Below, in pieces: positions 1 through 12,780 of a stretch of 64,000 nucleotides of DNA. The notes below the pieces were generated by a model that was not told where the DNA came from, made no database searches, and saw nothing but the letters and a program-made list of their open reading frames with translations. This DNA comes from Felis catus (lineage: Eukaryota). Made by a program: the position numbers and the translations under genes. Location: NCBI RefSeq assembly GCF_018350175.1, contig NC_058368.1:149298001-149362000 (forward strand), written 5' to 3'. The first letter of the stretch is position 1; the number at the start of each line of letters is the position of its first letter.

Positions 1-2830
1 ATTTTGTCTGATATGATAACACCAGCTTTTTTCTTTTTATTTCCACTTGCATGGAATATATCTTTTTCTCTCCCTTCACTGTCAGTCTATATGTGTTTTT
101 AGATGTGAACTAAGTCTATTATAGACAGTATATAGATGGGTCTTTTTTTTTTTTTTTAATCCATTCAGCCTTCTATGTCTTTTGATTGGAAAGTTTAGTT
201 TATTTACACTTAAAATAATTATTGTTTTTATTTTTTTTTAATTATTTATTGTTTTTATTATGGCATGTATTTATTGCCATCTCATTAATTATTTTCTGGT
301 TGTTTTTGTAGTTCCCCTTTGTTCCTTTCTTCTTCTGCTCTCTTGTGGTTTGATGATTTTCTTCGTGCTGTGTTTAGATTCCTTTATCCTTATCTTTTGG
401 GTATCTACTGTAAGTTTTTGTTTTGTGGTTCACATATAAGAACATATGTGCATAGCCATCCATCTTAAGTTGTAGCAAGTTAAATTTCAACAGATTCTAA
501 AACCCCACGTTTTTATCCCCCTTAACATGTTTTATGTGTTACGTATTTTACATCTTTTACTGCTTATTCTAATTATAGTTATTTTTACTACTTCAGTCTT
601 TTAAACTTCATATTCACTTTATAATTGATTAATCCATTACCTTTACAATACATGTACCTTTTCCAGTGAGATTTTTACTTTCTTATGCTTTCTTGTTATT
701 AATTAGTGCCTTTTTTTTCAGCTTAAAGAAGTCCCTATAATATTTCTTGTAAGGCCAGTTTAATAGTGATGAACTCTTTTAGCTTTTACTTGTCTGGAAA
801 ACTCTTTATCTATTTCAAATCTGAATGATAGACTTGCTTAGTAGAGTATTCTTGGTTGAAAGGTTTTCCCTTTAAGCACTTTGAATTGTCATGCCATTCC
901 TTTCTGGCTTGAGAAATTTCAGCTGAGAAATCTGCTCAGAGCCTCATGGTGTTTCCTTTGTACATAACAATTTGTTTTTTCTCTTGCTGCTCTTGAGATG
1001 CTCTCTTTATTTTTAACTTGTGACATTTTAATTATAATATGTTTTCTCATGACTCCTTGGATTCATCTTATTTGCAGCTCTCTGGGCTTCTAAGATCTGG
1101 TTGTGTTTCCTACCCTACATTAGGGAAGTTTTCAGCCATTGCTTCTTTGAATAAGTTTTCAGCCATTTTTTCTCTCTCTCCTCTCTTTCTCAACCTCTAT
1201 AATACAACTATTATTCTGCTTAATGTTGTCTAGAGGTACCTTATCTTCATTTTTAAAATTCTTTTTGATGGTCTTTTCAATGGGTAAGTTCCATTACTTT
1301 ACTTTCTAGATGATGATCTGTTCTGCTTTTCCAGTCTGCTGTTGAACCCTTGTAGTGTACTTTTCAGTCCAATTATTGTATCCTTAATCTCTGTGACTTC
1401 TGTTTGGTACTCTCTTACATTTCCTGTCTCTTTGTTAATATTCTCACTGTGTTGATCCATTTTTCTCCCAATTTCAGTGAGCTTTCTTTATAAGCATTCC
1501 TTTGAATTCTTTCAAAGTATCTTTGATTTCCCTCAAAGTATCCCATCTGGCTGACTGGATCCAGCTTCTCAGGCAGCAGCTTTTAAAGTCTGCAAATATA
1601 TACAGTCTTGTGGGTTAACAATTGTAAACTTGCTGACCTCCAGACCCGGAGATCTTGAGGTGTCCCTTGGTGACAGTTGCAAAACTTGGGGCTTCAGACA
1701 AGTATACATGTTTCTTTCTGGGAGATATTAGTGAGGTGTGGTGAGGCCAAGGGAGGGCATCTCTCCCAGCCTATGTTCCTGGAGTGTCTCTATGCCTATA
1801 GATATGTGACATATCTAAAGCCTGCCCCTCAGGTTGAAGTTACAGAATAAGCAAATGGGCCTTTATTACAGACAGACTGGGGATGTGTTTCACTGTGCTG
1901 TCTGTGTACTGCCCTGGGTATGGTCACCTGCCCAGAACTATCTTTCCACTTGTTCCAGATGCAAACATCTCTGTCCACCAAAGCCAGGAGATCAAAGGGT
2001 GTTCCCTTGTGGACAGCTTATCTGCCAGCTCTAGCAAGGCTGCAAGAGAATGTTGAGAGTAAGGCATGTCCACAGTTGTAGAGAGGCAGGGGAAGAGCAC
2101 TATGGACTGATCACACCCAGTTTAATGATTGAAAAGAAGAGTACTTAGGTCACTTCCATGGTTTTAGCAAGGCCTAGAAAGGGCACAGGGCACTGGCGGC
2201 CCACTCATGGCTTTACTGTGGCTGTGTCCATGTGTGCTTGCCTGAGCCAGTAAGGTGGAGGAAGAATGCAAAAATGGCACTTGTCACACCTCTGTCCCTA
2301 AAAAAAGCCCCTTAGCAAATGACCTAAGGGTAGCAAATGAATCTCCTCTACATATAATCCAAACTCCTGCCTTTGTGCTGGATCCCAGGATGAGTGAGTC
2401 CACTTGTAGGCCACTCAAAAGGAATCTCTCAGATTCCCACAGCCCCCTGGGTCCCCTGGATATAGGCCCTGTTGGTTTCTAAAGCCAGATGTTTTTAGAG
2501 CCTCATCTCTCCAGGGCAGGTTCCAAAGATTGGATTGCCTGATGTGGGGGACAAACCTCTCATTCCACAGAAGAAAGCGCTAGGACTGTGAGATCCCTCC
2601 CTGTTGTGGTTTGCTGCACTGGGGGGTCAAGTTTTTGGTGAGAAAATGCCTCTGCCTCTCCTATTCATCCCATTGTGATTCTTTTATCCCTTGTTGTGGA
2701 AGGAGCTAGTCAACTAGTTTTGGCTTCTTTTTCAGCAGGAATTATTCCATATGTAGCTGTAGATTTGGTGTGTTCCTGGGAGGAGGTGAGTTCAGGCTCT
2801 TTCTCCTCTACCGTCTTGGATCACTTCCTT
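1..2830 (-). mobile_element. Old LINE-1 (L1M-type), 5' portion: 5'UTR, degraded ORF1 and start of ORF2; continues beyond the left edge
   Basis: Reverse complement of ~870-963 gives a degraded ORF1 motif YKGNTMRL*ADFSAEISQARKEWHD. Positions 1-70 give an endonuclease-like IFHASGNKKKAGVIISDK. The L1 5' terminus motif GGGAGGAGGTGAGTTCAGG...CCGTCTTGG lies at ~2778-2820. Confidence 0.85.
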
Positions 2831-3796
2831 TTTTACCTCAATATTTTGAGGATATGGATTTGATGAGAGAGAAACTTCCTTTTTTTCATCAGCAACTCTA
2901 ATCTCAAGGCAGAATGTTAGATTTTCAAAGGCAGACTCCTGTGGCTCTGTGTTGATGAGCTAAATTCAAGAAGAAAAGATTAAAGCTATGGATAAAGTTC
3001 GTGTTATTTTATGTTGGGTTCCACTAGACTTTCTATTTACAGAAGGAGGAATCTTTGACACATGATATACCAAAGATTTATATTTGTAAAGCCCCCATCC
3101 CTCAAGAAAATCTCACATCCCTTTTGAAATTTGGATTAGAATTTACATTGAGAAATATTTTAACACTGATATTTAGATCTCCATTTAACTTCACTTAATA
3201 GAATAATAACATAACCTCAGCTTGAACATTTTATTTCAACCTTTAAAGGAAAAATTTGAAGTTTCTCTTGGTCCTTTTGATACCAAGTCCAATTTATAGT
3301 CAGACACCTGCTAGAGATCATCATGAGAAAAAAGTAGGGTGGAGGTGACAGTAGAAGTCAAGCTTGGGGAAATGGTTGTCCCCTTTAGGCACATTCTGGG
3401 CCAGGTCCATTGGTTAAGTTACTTTAAGTTATTATACTAAATTCGAATAAGATTTCAAAGAGTCAGAGTCCCCAGCTTCTTCTAAAGACTATGGCTTTTT
3501 CAGAATATATTCAAAGGAAGTTCCTTTTTTTTCTTTTTCCTATAGACTTACTACTGCTTTGAGTCTCCCTCACATTTGAATATATTGGATAGTTGTTAGA
3601 AATATCCAGATGGATGTACAGATATCTTTGGATAACAAGGCCTTGAAAGTCATCATAATGCTTTTGGATGAATATAATACCAAATCCTTGACTGACATTC
3701 TTAGTTCTCAAAAGTATATATGCAGTCTTCCTTTTCAGGCTCATCTTTTCTATTTTCATTTATATAAACTGTTTTTTAGCCAAATTAGTCTAATGC

Positions 3797-3870
3797 TTTT
3801 TTTTAATTGAGAGAGAGAGAGTGAGCACGAGCTGGGGAGAGGGGCAGAGGAGGAGGAGGTGGTGGAGGAG

Positions 3871-3921
<51 letters not shown>

Positions 3922-4049
3922 AGAATCTCAAGCAGGCTCCATGCTCAGTGTGGAGCTTGACTTGGCACTCCATCCCATGACCCCAGGATCATGACCAAAG
4001 CTGAAATCAAGAGTTGGATGCTTAACTGACTGAGCCACCCAGGTACCCC
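3797..4049 (-). mobile_element. CanSINE (SINEC) with expanded (GA)n
   Basis: T-rich tail, (GA)n, and head ...GAGCCACCCAGGTACCCC; degenerate TSD AAATTAGTCTAA/AAATTTGTCTAA. Confidence 0.93.
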
Positions 4050-4799
4050 TAAATTTGTCTAACTTTTAACTCTTTTATTATTCAGGTGAGGCTAGACCAT
4101 GATAAGTGTGGGGACATAAAACTTCCCTGGAGTTCTCAATGTGCTGCCTCCTTTAGCTCTTGGACCACAGAAATTTAAAAATGATAAAATCAGAGAATGT
4201 TTTTTTCACTTCTTTTAGAATGTAGAAACCATCTTCACATACCATGAAAATTAGTTCTGTAGTCATTTGTCTAGTTAATTTTTCTAATTTGAAAGGATAA
4301 TAAAACTTCTCCTATCTTCCAAGAAGACCAACTGATTAGAGCCTTGACTAGGTCCCTACTTTAAAACCCAGTGTCTAGTAAACTGAAGGGCTCTCTCAGT
4401 AGGGATTCACATGTCAGAAAGGGATGAAGCTCCAAACCTTAAAGACTGCTCTAGGTAGATGTTCTTACAAGTTGAGACATACAAGGGCTATCTGGCTCCT
4501 GGAGAGATTTATTTACAAAAGGGGAGGAAGATAGTTGCCTTCTTCCTTTTTATAAGCAGAGAAAAATAAATTTTTCTCATCTCTCCTATGGATGTTTGTC
4601 CCCTCACGTAAGACAACTGGCATGCCTTTCATTGTACTACTCTAAAGGTAAGGAGTAGGGCAAGTATGGCCCAGTGAATTAGCATTTAATGTGAGGAATT
4701 TACGAAAAAATTTGTCTCTTACCCAGAATACTTCACGTGTACATTTAGGATAAAATAAATAAAGAGGAACTTTGAAAACAATAATGTAATAAAGTAATC

Positions 4800-5115
4800 C
4801 CAAAGTCAAAACTGTTTAACAAAACATTTATTCCTCATGATGATTACTCATCAAGTTGGGTGGGAGAGGTCTGCTTCTTCTTCAGTGACCCAGAATAACA
4901 GAGATGTTGCCCTCTCGGGTCTGCTGAAGCAGGGGAAAAGAGTATGAAGGAAGTGGAGGGGAGCAGACCTACTTCTAGGCTTCTACCAGAAGAGAATGTC
5001 ACTTCTGTTCAAACATCATTGGCCAGAACTAGTTACATAACCTTGCTTCACTACAAGGAGGCTGGGAGATGTTAGGAAGTGTGAAAATTTAATGCATGGT
5101 AAATATCTCTGCTGT
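4800..5115 (-). mobile_element. MaLR LTR fragment (MLT1-like)
   Basis: Contains the MLT1-type motif CATTGGCCAGAACTAGTTACAT...CAAGGAGGCTGGGAGATGT and AAACATTTATT near the start. Confidence 0.6.
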
Positions 5116-5779
5116 ATCTTTGCTTCTCTTCTGACTATTCCATAGGCTCATGGCAAAGAAGAAAATAGACTATTAGTCTAAGTGAAGTCTAATCCAAAAG
5201 TTTTAATTCTCCTCCTTGATGCAACTCTCTGACTTCTATACCACCAACACCTTAACTTACCTTTTCACTCTCCATCAAGACCTGCTCACACATTTGAAAT
5301 ACTGAAAGTTGCCAAGGTTATTTCTGAAGAACTGCCATGGAATTCTAATGCTAGAAAAACATTAGGAATTATGAATTTCCTGGAAGATTTAAACGTTTTC
5401 TTCCTATCACAATTCTTTAATCATGTCACTATTCATTTTCTACCCAGGGTTAATATGGTTTTGCTATTTCTTGGTCACTTCTATGGGGGGGGTGATTTGA
5501 AATTCACTTCATTGGACTATAATTTATGGCTATTTTTGCAAAAGAGAATTCTTGACAGAAAAAAACCACAATGGAAGTCTTGTTGATAGGCATAATAATC
5601 ATAGTTAATATGATTTGTAATTATTTACCTTTTTGTCATTAGAAATTAAAAATGATACCATAAAATACATTCCTTCTACAGTGAGAAAGATGTGAAGTTC
5701 AAAATTGTCATTTGAGACTACTAAGATACATAAAGGAAAGGAAAGTTCAGTACTCATTCCTGTATTGCGCTTGTTTGTG

Positions 5780-6524
5780 CAGCCAATTCTCATGATTCAC
5801 AATAGTTATGTTCTATAACGTTGCCACAAAATCTGAATATTGAATATTGAATCTTTGCTACCGTGAGAAATACAGGATTAGGTTCCTATAAACCCTTGCT
5901 TACAACTTTTAGCCAAACAATCAATACATAACTTTGTTTTATGTGTGTTTCTGTTTAAAGCTACCTTATTTAATATATATTGTTAAGTCATTAACATTGA
6001 ATTCATAGCCAGCAGCACTCTAACTCTTGACTAAACAAAGCTTACCTAACAATTGTATTTTCTCCTGTAAGGAACAATACAGTCTTCCTGTGCTTATGAA
6101 TACCAGACAGCACTTCATTAAGCTAGGGGGCTATTTTAAGCAAATCATCAACAACAAAAAAACCCACAGAAATACAGAAACTCACCCCCCCACACACACA
6201 CACACATGGCATTACGTTTGGAGGCTATTTTAAACAAAATCACTAACAAAAAACCCCACAAAAATGCAGAAAAAAACCCTCAAACATGGCACTAAATAGA
6301 TCCCCAAAAGAACATTTGTTTACAGAATGAGATTTCAAACAAGGCAGAGCGTCATTTTGCTCCTCAGCTGGGAAGGAGCATGTCCTATAATTAAGAAATG
6401 TTTGCCACTTTGTGGCATGCATGGCTGTGAAAAAGCTATGAGTATTGATTTTGAGGTTACAAATAAATTTTTGTGCATAGTCAAATTTCAAAGTACTGAA
6501 TCCACAAATAATGAGAATTGACTA
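5780..6524 (+). mobile_element. MER82-like TcMar-Tigger non-autonomous DNA transposon
   Basis: Terminal inverted repeats CAGCCAATTCTCATGATT ... AATAATGAGAATTGACTA; the body matches my recalled MER82 consensus. Strand is relative to that consensus. Confidence 0.8.
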
Positions 6525-6918
6525 TATTTTCAGAGACTGAAAGTGAAGTAAGCACCGTATTGCTGGATATAGGCATCCATATTTTGAATTTTCACTGGAC
6601 TTGTTGAAGCGGAATCTGGACAACCTTAGTGAGACATTTTGTGGAATGGATCAAAATAATGGGAGTTTGGGGACTGCATGGTTTTTTAAGTGTCTATAAA
6701 CACTGAGATTTTTAAGACTTGTTTTGTATAGATTATACTACAGAATGTGAAAAGATGCCCATGACCTTAGATTTAAAAAATATATTTTTAACAATTAGCC
6801 AAATATTTAAGTTGTCATATAATTATAACTTTTTTTCATGCAATAAATACCTTCTTCTGGCCATGTGTTAGACATTGTTTTGATCTTCAAAAAACATGTC
6901 CTAGGATTAGTGGGATGC

Positions 6919-6920
<2 letters not shown>

Positions 6921-6955
<35 letters not shown>
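6921..6955. repeat. (AC)17 microsatellite
   Basis: Perfect dinucleotide run. Confidence 0.98.
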
Positions 6956-6959
<4 letters not shown>

Positions 6960-7062
6960 CTACAGGTTATACACTAAAACACTTAGACTATGTTTAAATT
7001 CACATAATCAAATTAATATGTTCTTTCTAAGAAGTTTCCTTGGGGAAATGAGCTAAGTTTCT

Positions 7063-8138
7063 TTTTTGTATTGTTGCCATGGTGTAAAAACTTTTTTTTT
7101 TCCTCTTTAGAACTGCCCTGAAGGACCAGCTGTAGCTGGAGCAAGTGAAGGCTGGGAGAGTCCCAGTGTGTGCCACACTGGGCCTGCCCTAGGGGATGGC
7201 TGGAGCTAAAGTGGGCATGGGCTAGAGGGTCCCCCGGTACCATTCACTATGGTTGCCTTGGCTGATCAGTTGGATCCAGTGCAGGCATGATCTGGGGGTC
7301 CTAAGATGTGCTGTGCCAGGACCATCTTGGCAGGAATGTTGGAACTGGAGTGGGTGTGGGCCAGGGGTTCCTGTGGTACTCCACACCAGGATCTCCCTAG
7401 CAGATGGCTGGAGCTCACACAGGCTTGATCTGGGGGATTCCAGGGTGTTCTGTGTCAGGGTCACCCTGGTAGCATGGCTGGAACCGGAGTGGGCATAGGC
7501 TGGGGGGGTGGTTCTCATGGGGCATGCCATGCCAGTGCTGCCTTGTGTATGGGCAGTGGGGGACTGGAGCTAGCCAAGCCAGGACCACCTTGGTGGGATG
7601 GCTGGAGCTGGTGTCAGTCAGAGGTCTAGCATGCGCTGATAACAGTCTTAAAAGGGTGGCTAGAGCCCCTGGACCCTGTTCCTATGTATCCCACCAAGGT
7701 GGAAGGGGAAATTTAAAAAATGGCACTCTCCAGTGCCTCCAACCCTGGAAAGAGTTCCAGCAGTTCCCCACCCATTCAGCAGATGATCTATGGTTAGTAA
7801 ATGCGTTTCCTTCACTTATATTTTAGTTGCCCTTTACAGTGCTGTTTTTTCCTTGTTCCCCAGAGTGTATGAGTCTTATGCAAGCCCCTCAGTGATATCC
7901 CTTCTTACTGAAAGGTGTCAGGTTGTATGTCTGGGAGGGGATTTCCATTATTATGTCTCCATCTCCATTATGTCCCTTCTCTGTGTGCTCCCTCTATCAT
8001 TTGTTGTACAGGAAATGTTCAGTCAACCTTCAGTTCTTCTGCAGGAAAAACTCCTATACGTAGGTATAGATTCAGTGTGTCTGTGGGAGGAGGTGAGTTC
8101 AGGGTCTTCCAATGTCACTATCTTAGACCACCTTCCTC
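7063..8138 (-). mobile_element. L1M-type 5'UTR-only element with internal ~68-bp tandem monomers
   Basis: 8010-8137 is homologous to 2700-2829 (GGGAGGAGGTGAGTTCAGG...TCTT(A/G)GA). GC-rich repeats TGGCTGGAGCT recur in 7130-7620. Confidence 0.75.
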
Positions 8139-9335
8139 AATGAGTATCTTTCTAAGAATATAAATTTGGGGTACAGAAGTGCATGATATCTATAAGTTAT
8201 AAGAAAAAGTTTCATGCTTTGATTAAAATCAGAGTTGTCTCTTTAATTTCTCAAGTATTTCAAAGAAGTCCATTTTTGCATCCTTGCTGTAGAGTGCACT
8301 TTGATGGAAGAGTTGGCTTTTGATTAAAAAAAAAAATAGTTCAAATTAACAGTTATTTCTATTTTGCATCAAATGGATACATTTTACCCAAGTCTTCTTA
8401 GCCCACATACTCCATCAACATTCTTTTATATTTTTTTTCTAATGCTGTTTCTGATGGGTTATTATCTGAGAGTGGGTTGGGAAAGATTCGATTTAATACA
8501 GTTTCTTAACTCCAAAAATAATTTCTTTTCAAACTAAAAGAACTGCTTTTGTTGCTTTTAAGTTTGTTATGTCAAGATATGCTTTTTTACCCCTAGTTTG
8601 CAAAGTCTATTTTTTAAACTATAATTATCAACCAAACTAATTTTGTCACTAATTTATGACCCTGAAAGGAAAAACAAACAAACAAACAAACATGAAACAT
8701 AAAGACTAAGGGACAGATTGAAATTTGAGATTGAGAGTTTAATGGCAAAAATGTTTGCTGCCCAGCAGGGAACCCAATTTGACACTTAGTCTGGGCTCTG
8801 GATTTCAGGGGAAGAGACATAGGGTAGGTCTTTTAAAGCCAAACTGTCTCCATCTCCTTTTAGGAAAACAACATCTCCAAGAGTTGCAGACTAGCTGCCG
8901 GTGTCTGGATTTCTCAGTTAGGTAAATGTTGGCTTGATGGAAAGGTGGCTTCTGCTTTAAAGGTGTAGCACCCACCTAAGGACTGTGGAATCCAGCTGCC
9001 TCTACTGCATGTGAGGTGGCCAATTCAGAATCCTGATGCCAGTCCGGGCTACGTCACCGTCAGTAAGTAGGTCCGAGGTAATGGTTGAGCAGCTGTGTTA
9101 GAGGTTGGTTACTCTGGTGTAAAAGAAGAGCAGTATGTGGTCTGACAGATTTTACTGTTGTTCACATGAGAACCATCCTTGGACCTAACATTGCAGCAGC
9201 TGTTGTTAAAACCTTTTGTTATTACCACATGTTTTTGCCCATTGGTTGCTCTGTCTATTCTAGAGTGTTAAATCCTGTTAGTAAGCCAATAATGATATAT
9301 GTGAGTCACCACATAGGTAAAAAGTTAGAAATAGC

Positions 9336-9903
9336 TTAGCATAATCGCACTCTGGTTCTATCCACGTTGTTGCAAATGGCAAGATTTCATTCTTTTTGAT
9401 CACCAAGTCATATTCCATTGTATGTATATATAGCACATTTTCTTTTTTCATTCATCAGTCGATGGATATTTTGGCTTTGCCATAATTTGGCTATTGTTGG
9501 TAGTGCTGCTATAAACATTGGGGTGTATGTGCCCCTTCAAATAAGCATTTTTGTATCCTTTGGATAATAAGTCAGTCAGAGAAAGACAAATATCATATGA
9601 TTTCACTCATATGTGAAATTTAAGAAACAACACAGATGAACATAGGAGAAGGGAAGGAAAAATAAAATACAAGCAGAGAGGGAGGCAAACCATAAGAGAC
9701 TCTTAAATGAAGAGAACAAACTGAGGGTTGCTGGAGGGACAGTGGGGGTGGGTGGGGAAAATGGGTGATGGGCATTAAGGAGGGCACTTGTTGGGATGAG
9801 CACTGGGTATTACATGTAAGTGATGAATCACTGGGTTCTACTCCTGAAACCAATATTACCCTGTGGGTTAACTAACTTGAATTTAAATAAATATATATTT
9901 TTT
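9336..9903 (+). mobile_element. 5'-truncated, 5'-inverted (twin-primed) carnivore L1 3' end
   Basis: 9336-9567 is antisense L1 ORF2 3' sequence; 9568-9903 is the sense L1 3' end. TSD AAAAGTTAGAAATAGC (9320-9335) / AAAAGTTACAAATAAC (9904-9919). Confidence 0.9.
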
Positions 9904-10922
9904 AAAAGTTACAAATAACCAAAACTGGATCTGATACTATGATAGAGTTGAATGGTACCAAAGGAGAATTTAACTAAAAAAATTAAAAAAAAAAAATTAA
10001 GTGTCTTTGTTAAGAGGAGAGAGTAGGAATTGCTTCATTTAACTCCTTGCCTTCTACCAAGATACTGCCTCACTTCCTTCTTCCAACTGGACTTGGCCTG
10101 ACTGCCAGGCTCACTATGATCCATCTTTTCTTTCCCTTTTGAGGAAAAAATAAATTAGTTTTTAGTTTTGAGCTTCTGATGCCTAGCTTCTGGATATTTA
10201 AGGGCAATTTAAGAAATTCTTTGAAGAAATGTTTTAGGACCTAAGGAAGATTTTCCTGTTACCCATTAGAAGCAATATCTGTATTAAATGTAACTGCCAA
10301 TTTTCAACTCTAAAATGTCATTTCAGGAATTTTTTCCTTGGTATGAATTTTCAAAAATATTTCTATTCCACCTTTCAAGGAAAATTTTACATATTAATTA
10401 ATATTCAGTGGTAATCTTAAAATTGGTTTTCCCTTTAGGAAACTTCAAGAAAAGTTTAGGCATTTCAATATATAGAGAGATGCAAAAGGGACTCTAAGAA
10501 TAGCTATAGAAAACAAATTTCAAAAAGTAGATTAATTAGAAAGTAGAAAAATATTAGTTATCAAAAAGAAGATTTAGCAGATGTATCAACAAAAGCCAAA
10601 ATTCAGAACTGGTGACTGATAATTAAGACTAGCAATACTTCCTGCTTCCACTGCCTTACTTTCCTTCAGTTTAGGTCTAAAGTGATTCTGCTGATTAGGA
10701 TTAAATCCAGAGGTGAATTAGGAGGACAACATAGACTCAGAGAAATAGTTTAGGGAGCCCAGGAAAGTGAAATGTATGATTAGTGGTTACAGAATTATGT
10801 GGCAGATTTCTCAAAATTAGAATTTATCATTCTAAAATAAGAAACATTTGGGGAAAAAATTCTAGTACAGTGGGCCTAAATTGAGGTTAAGCATCTTTTT
10901 TCTGTGACCTTCCTAATTCTTC

Positions 10923-11148
10923 TTTTTTTTTTTTTTAATTTTTTAGTATTTATTTTTGAGAGAGAATGAGACAGAGCATGATCATGGGAGGAGCAGAGAG
11001 AGAAGGAGACATAGAATCCAAAGCAGGCTCCACGCTCTGAGGTGTTAGCACAGAGCCCGATGCGGGGCTTGAACCCACGAACCCACGAACTGTGAGATCA
11101 TGACCTGAGCCAAAGTTGGACACTTACCGACTGAGCCAACCAGGCGCC
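10923..11148 (-). mobile_element. CanSINE (felid type)
   Basis: Poly-T tail, body, and head ...GAGCCAACCAGGCGCC; short TSD TAATTCT. Confidence 0.95.
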
Positions 11149-11889
11149 TTAATTCTATGCATAATTTTTGTTGTTGTTGGGATATGAATCATTATTTATT
11201 TACTTATTGATATATAAAGACCTTTTATATATTAGGGAATTAAGCCACTGTCTTTTGTTCCATTTATGTAAAACATACTTAAATGTTTATCTTAGAATCC
11301 TAACAAAAAGGGGGAAATAAGGGTGCAACTTGAAAATTCTATTATAACAGAGAAAGAACTTACTGCTAACAATAGAAGCTTATGTTTCCAGTTCCTACAA
11401 TCTTCTGTTTTCTTCATTAAAGATAGACTTTAAACCAAGATTTTTCCTGCAACTCTGTTAGGTTTGGAATTAAAACAATTAATTAAATGGATTTAAAATT
11501 AAAGAAAACTTTGTTCTTAATTGGAATCAATTGGCTTAGGATAGATCAGAAACTAAACGGTAATGGGATACAATCAAAATAAATTTAGATGATAAAACTT
11601 GTGTCTTCCCTTTCAGTCTGAGAAAGAAAACATTAGGTGAAGATATGCCTGGGAAATACTGCATGGTTATAAAATATCAACAGTGAAGTCTTAAATTAAG
11701 CTACAACTAAAACCATGTATTTTCAGAAGCACACTTCATAGCTTCTCTCATCATCTGTATCAGTTCATTAAATCAGCACAAAGAACTTCAAAATACCATA
11801 GCAAGTAATTTAATAAGAATTACTCAATGTACCTGATCCAATTCTTCTGCAGCTAGATAATAAAAAGGTGAATGTGGGAGCATTTAAGA

Positions 11890-12650
11890 TTTTATCCAGT
11901 CCCATGGTTTTAAGTGTCATCTATAAGCTGAGGTGTCCCAAATCTCCATTTTCAACCTTGACATCTCCACTGAAATCCAACCACAAATACAGCTGAAGTG
12001 TTGCAAATTACCAACATGGCTATATATTAATTTATCACTGTGGATAAAACCATGTATTTGGCCACATCAATAACTAGGCATCCTTGCTCATCTTTTTTCC
12101 TCATACCCCACATCCAATCCATTAACAACTCTTTTGTTTGCTTTCCTGTAAACATAGTTTTAGCTCTAATTTTTTCTCACCATTGGCTCACTGTGGAAGC
12201 CCTGGTCCATAGCATCTTCCTAATCCTTCTGCCTTGCCTATTTCCACTCTTGCTTCCCTAAAGTCTATTCCCCACATAGCTTCTCAGGTTTTAAAGCTTT
12301 GATTAGGTCACGTTCTAGCATCTAATTCTTCCATGGCTTCCTTTATCAGTAGTATTAAACTCAAATTCAAAATTTTTACCATAAACGCTCCTCCCCAATG
12401 TCATTTCCTATTACTACCCCAGGTTTTATTGTGGCCTTTTTCCTGCCTTGGGGCTTTGCACTCCCTGTTTTCCCTACATTTCTCCCCACATTTTCATATG
12501 CCTCAGTTCAGCTTAAATGTTACCTTCCTTCCTCCTAGTCACTCTTTTGGTCCCATTTATTTTCTACATAGCACTTATTACCTGAAATTATATTATTAAT
12601 CACAAGTTCACTGCCTGTTTCTCCCTAATAGAAAGAAAGCAGGGACAGCC
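11890..12650 (+). mobile_element. L2 LINE fragment
   Basis: CAGTCCCATGGTTTTAAGTGTCATCTATAAGCTGAGGTGTCCCAAATCT resembles the L2 RT YADD region; pyrimidine-rich L2 3' region follows. Confidence 0.65.
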
Positions 12651-12679
12651 CATAATGCTCGTAAAGTTCAGCTTCCTTG

Positions 12680-12780
12680 TATCATGTAAGAAGAAACTGA
12701 GGCCCACAGAAGCTAAATGTTTTGCCCATGTACTTCCAATTAGTTGGGATGAGCCAGAAAGGAAAACTAATTCTCCTAAG
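12680..12780 (-). mobile_element. MIR fragment
   Basis: AAGAAACTGAGGCCCACAGAAGCTAAATGTTTTGCCCA is the MIR core in antisense. Confidence 0.6.

Noticed and set aside
4340..4780. Possible old ERV LTR fragment
   Set aside because: LTR-like in composition, but I could not identify termini, a TSD or diagnostic motifs.
6530..6720. Possible micro-exon (TTTTCAG|AGACTGAAAGTGAA|GTAAGC)
   Set aside because: Only 14 nt, with a weak pyrimidine tract derived from the MER82 end; compatible with chance.
7130..7620. Regularly spaced repeats as a CRISPR-like array
   Set aside because: The context is eukaryotic, the units are degenerate tandem monomers without unique spacers, and there are no cas genes.
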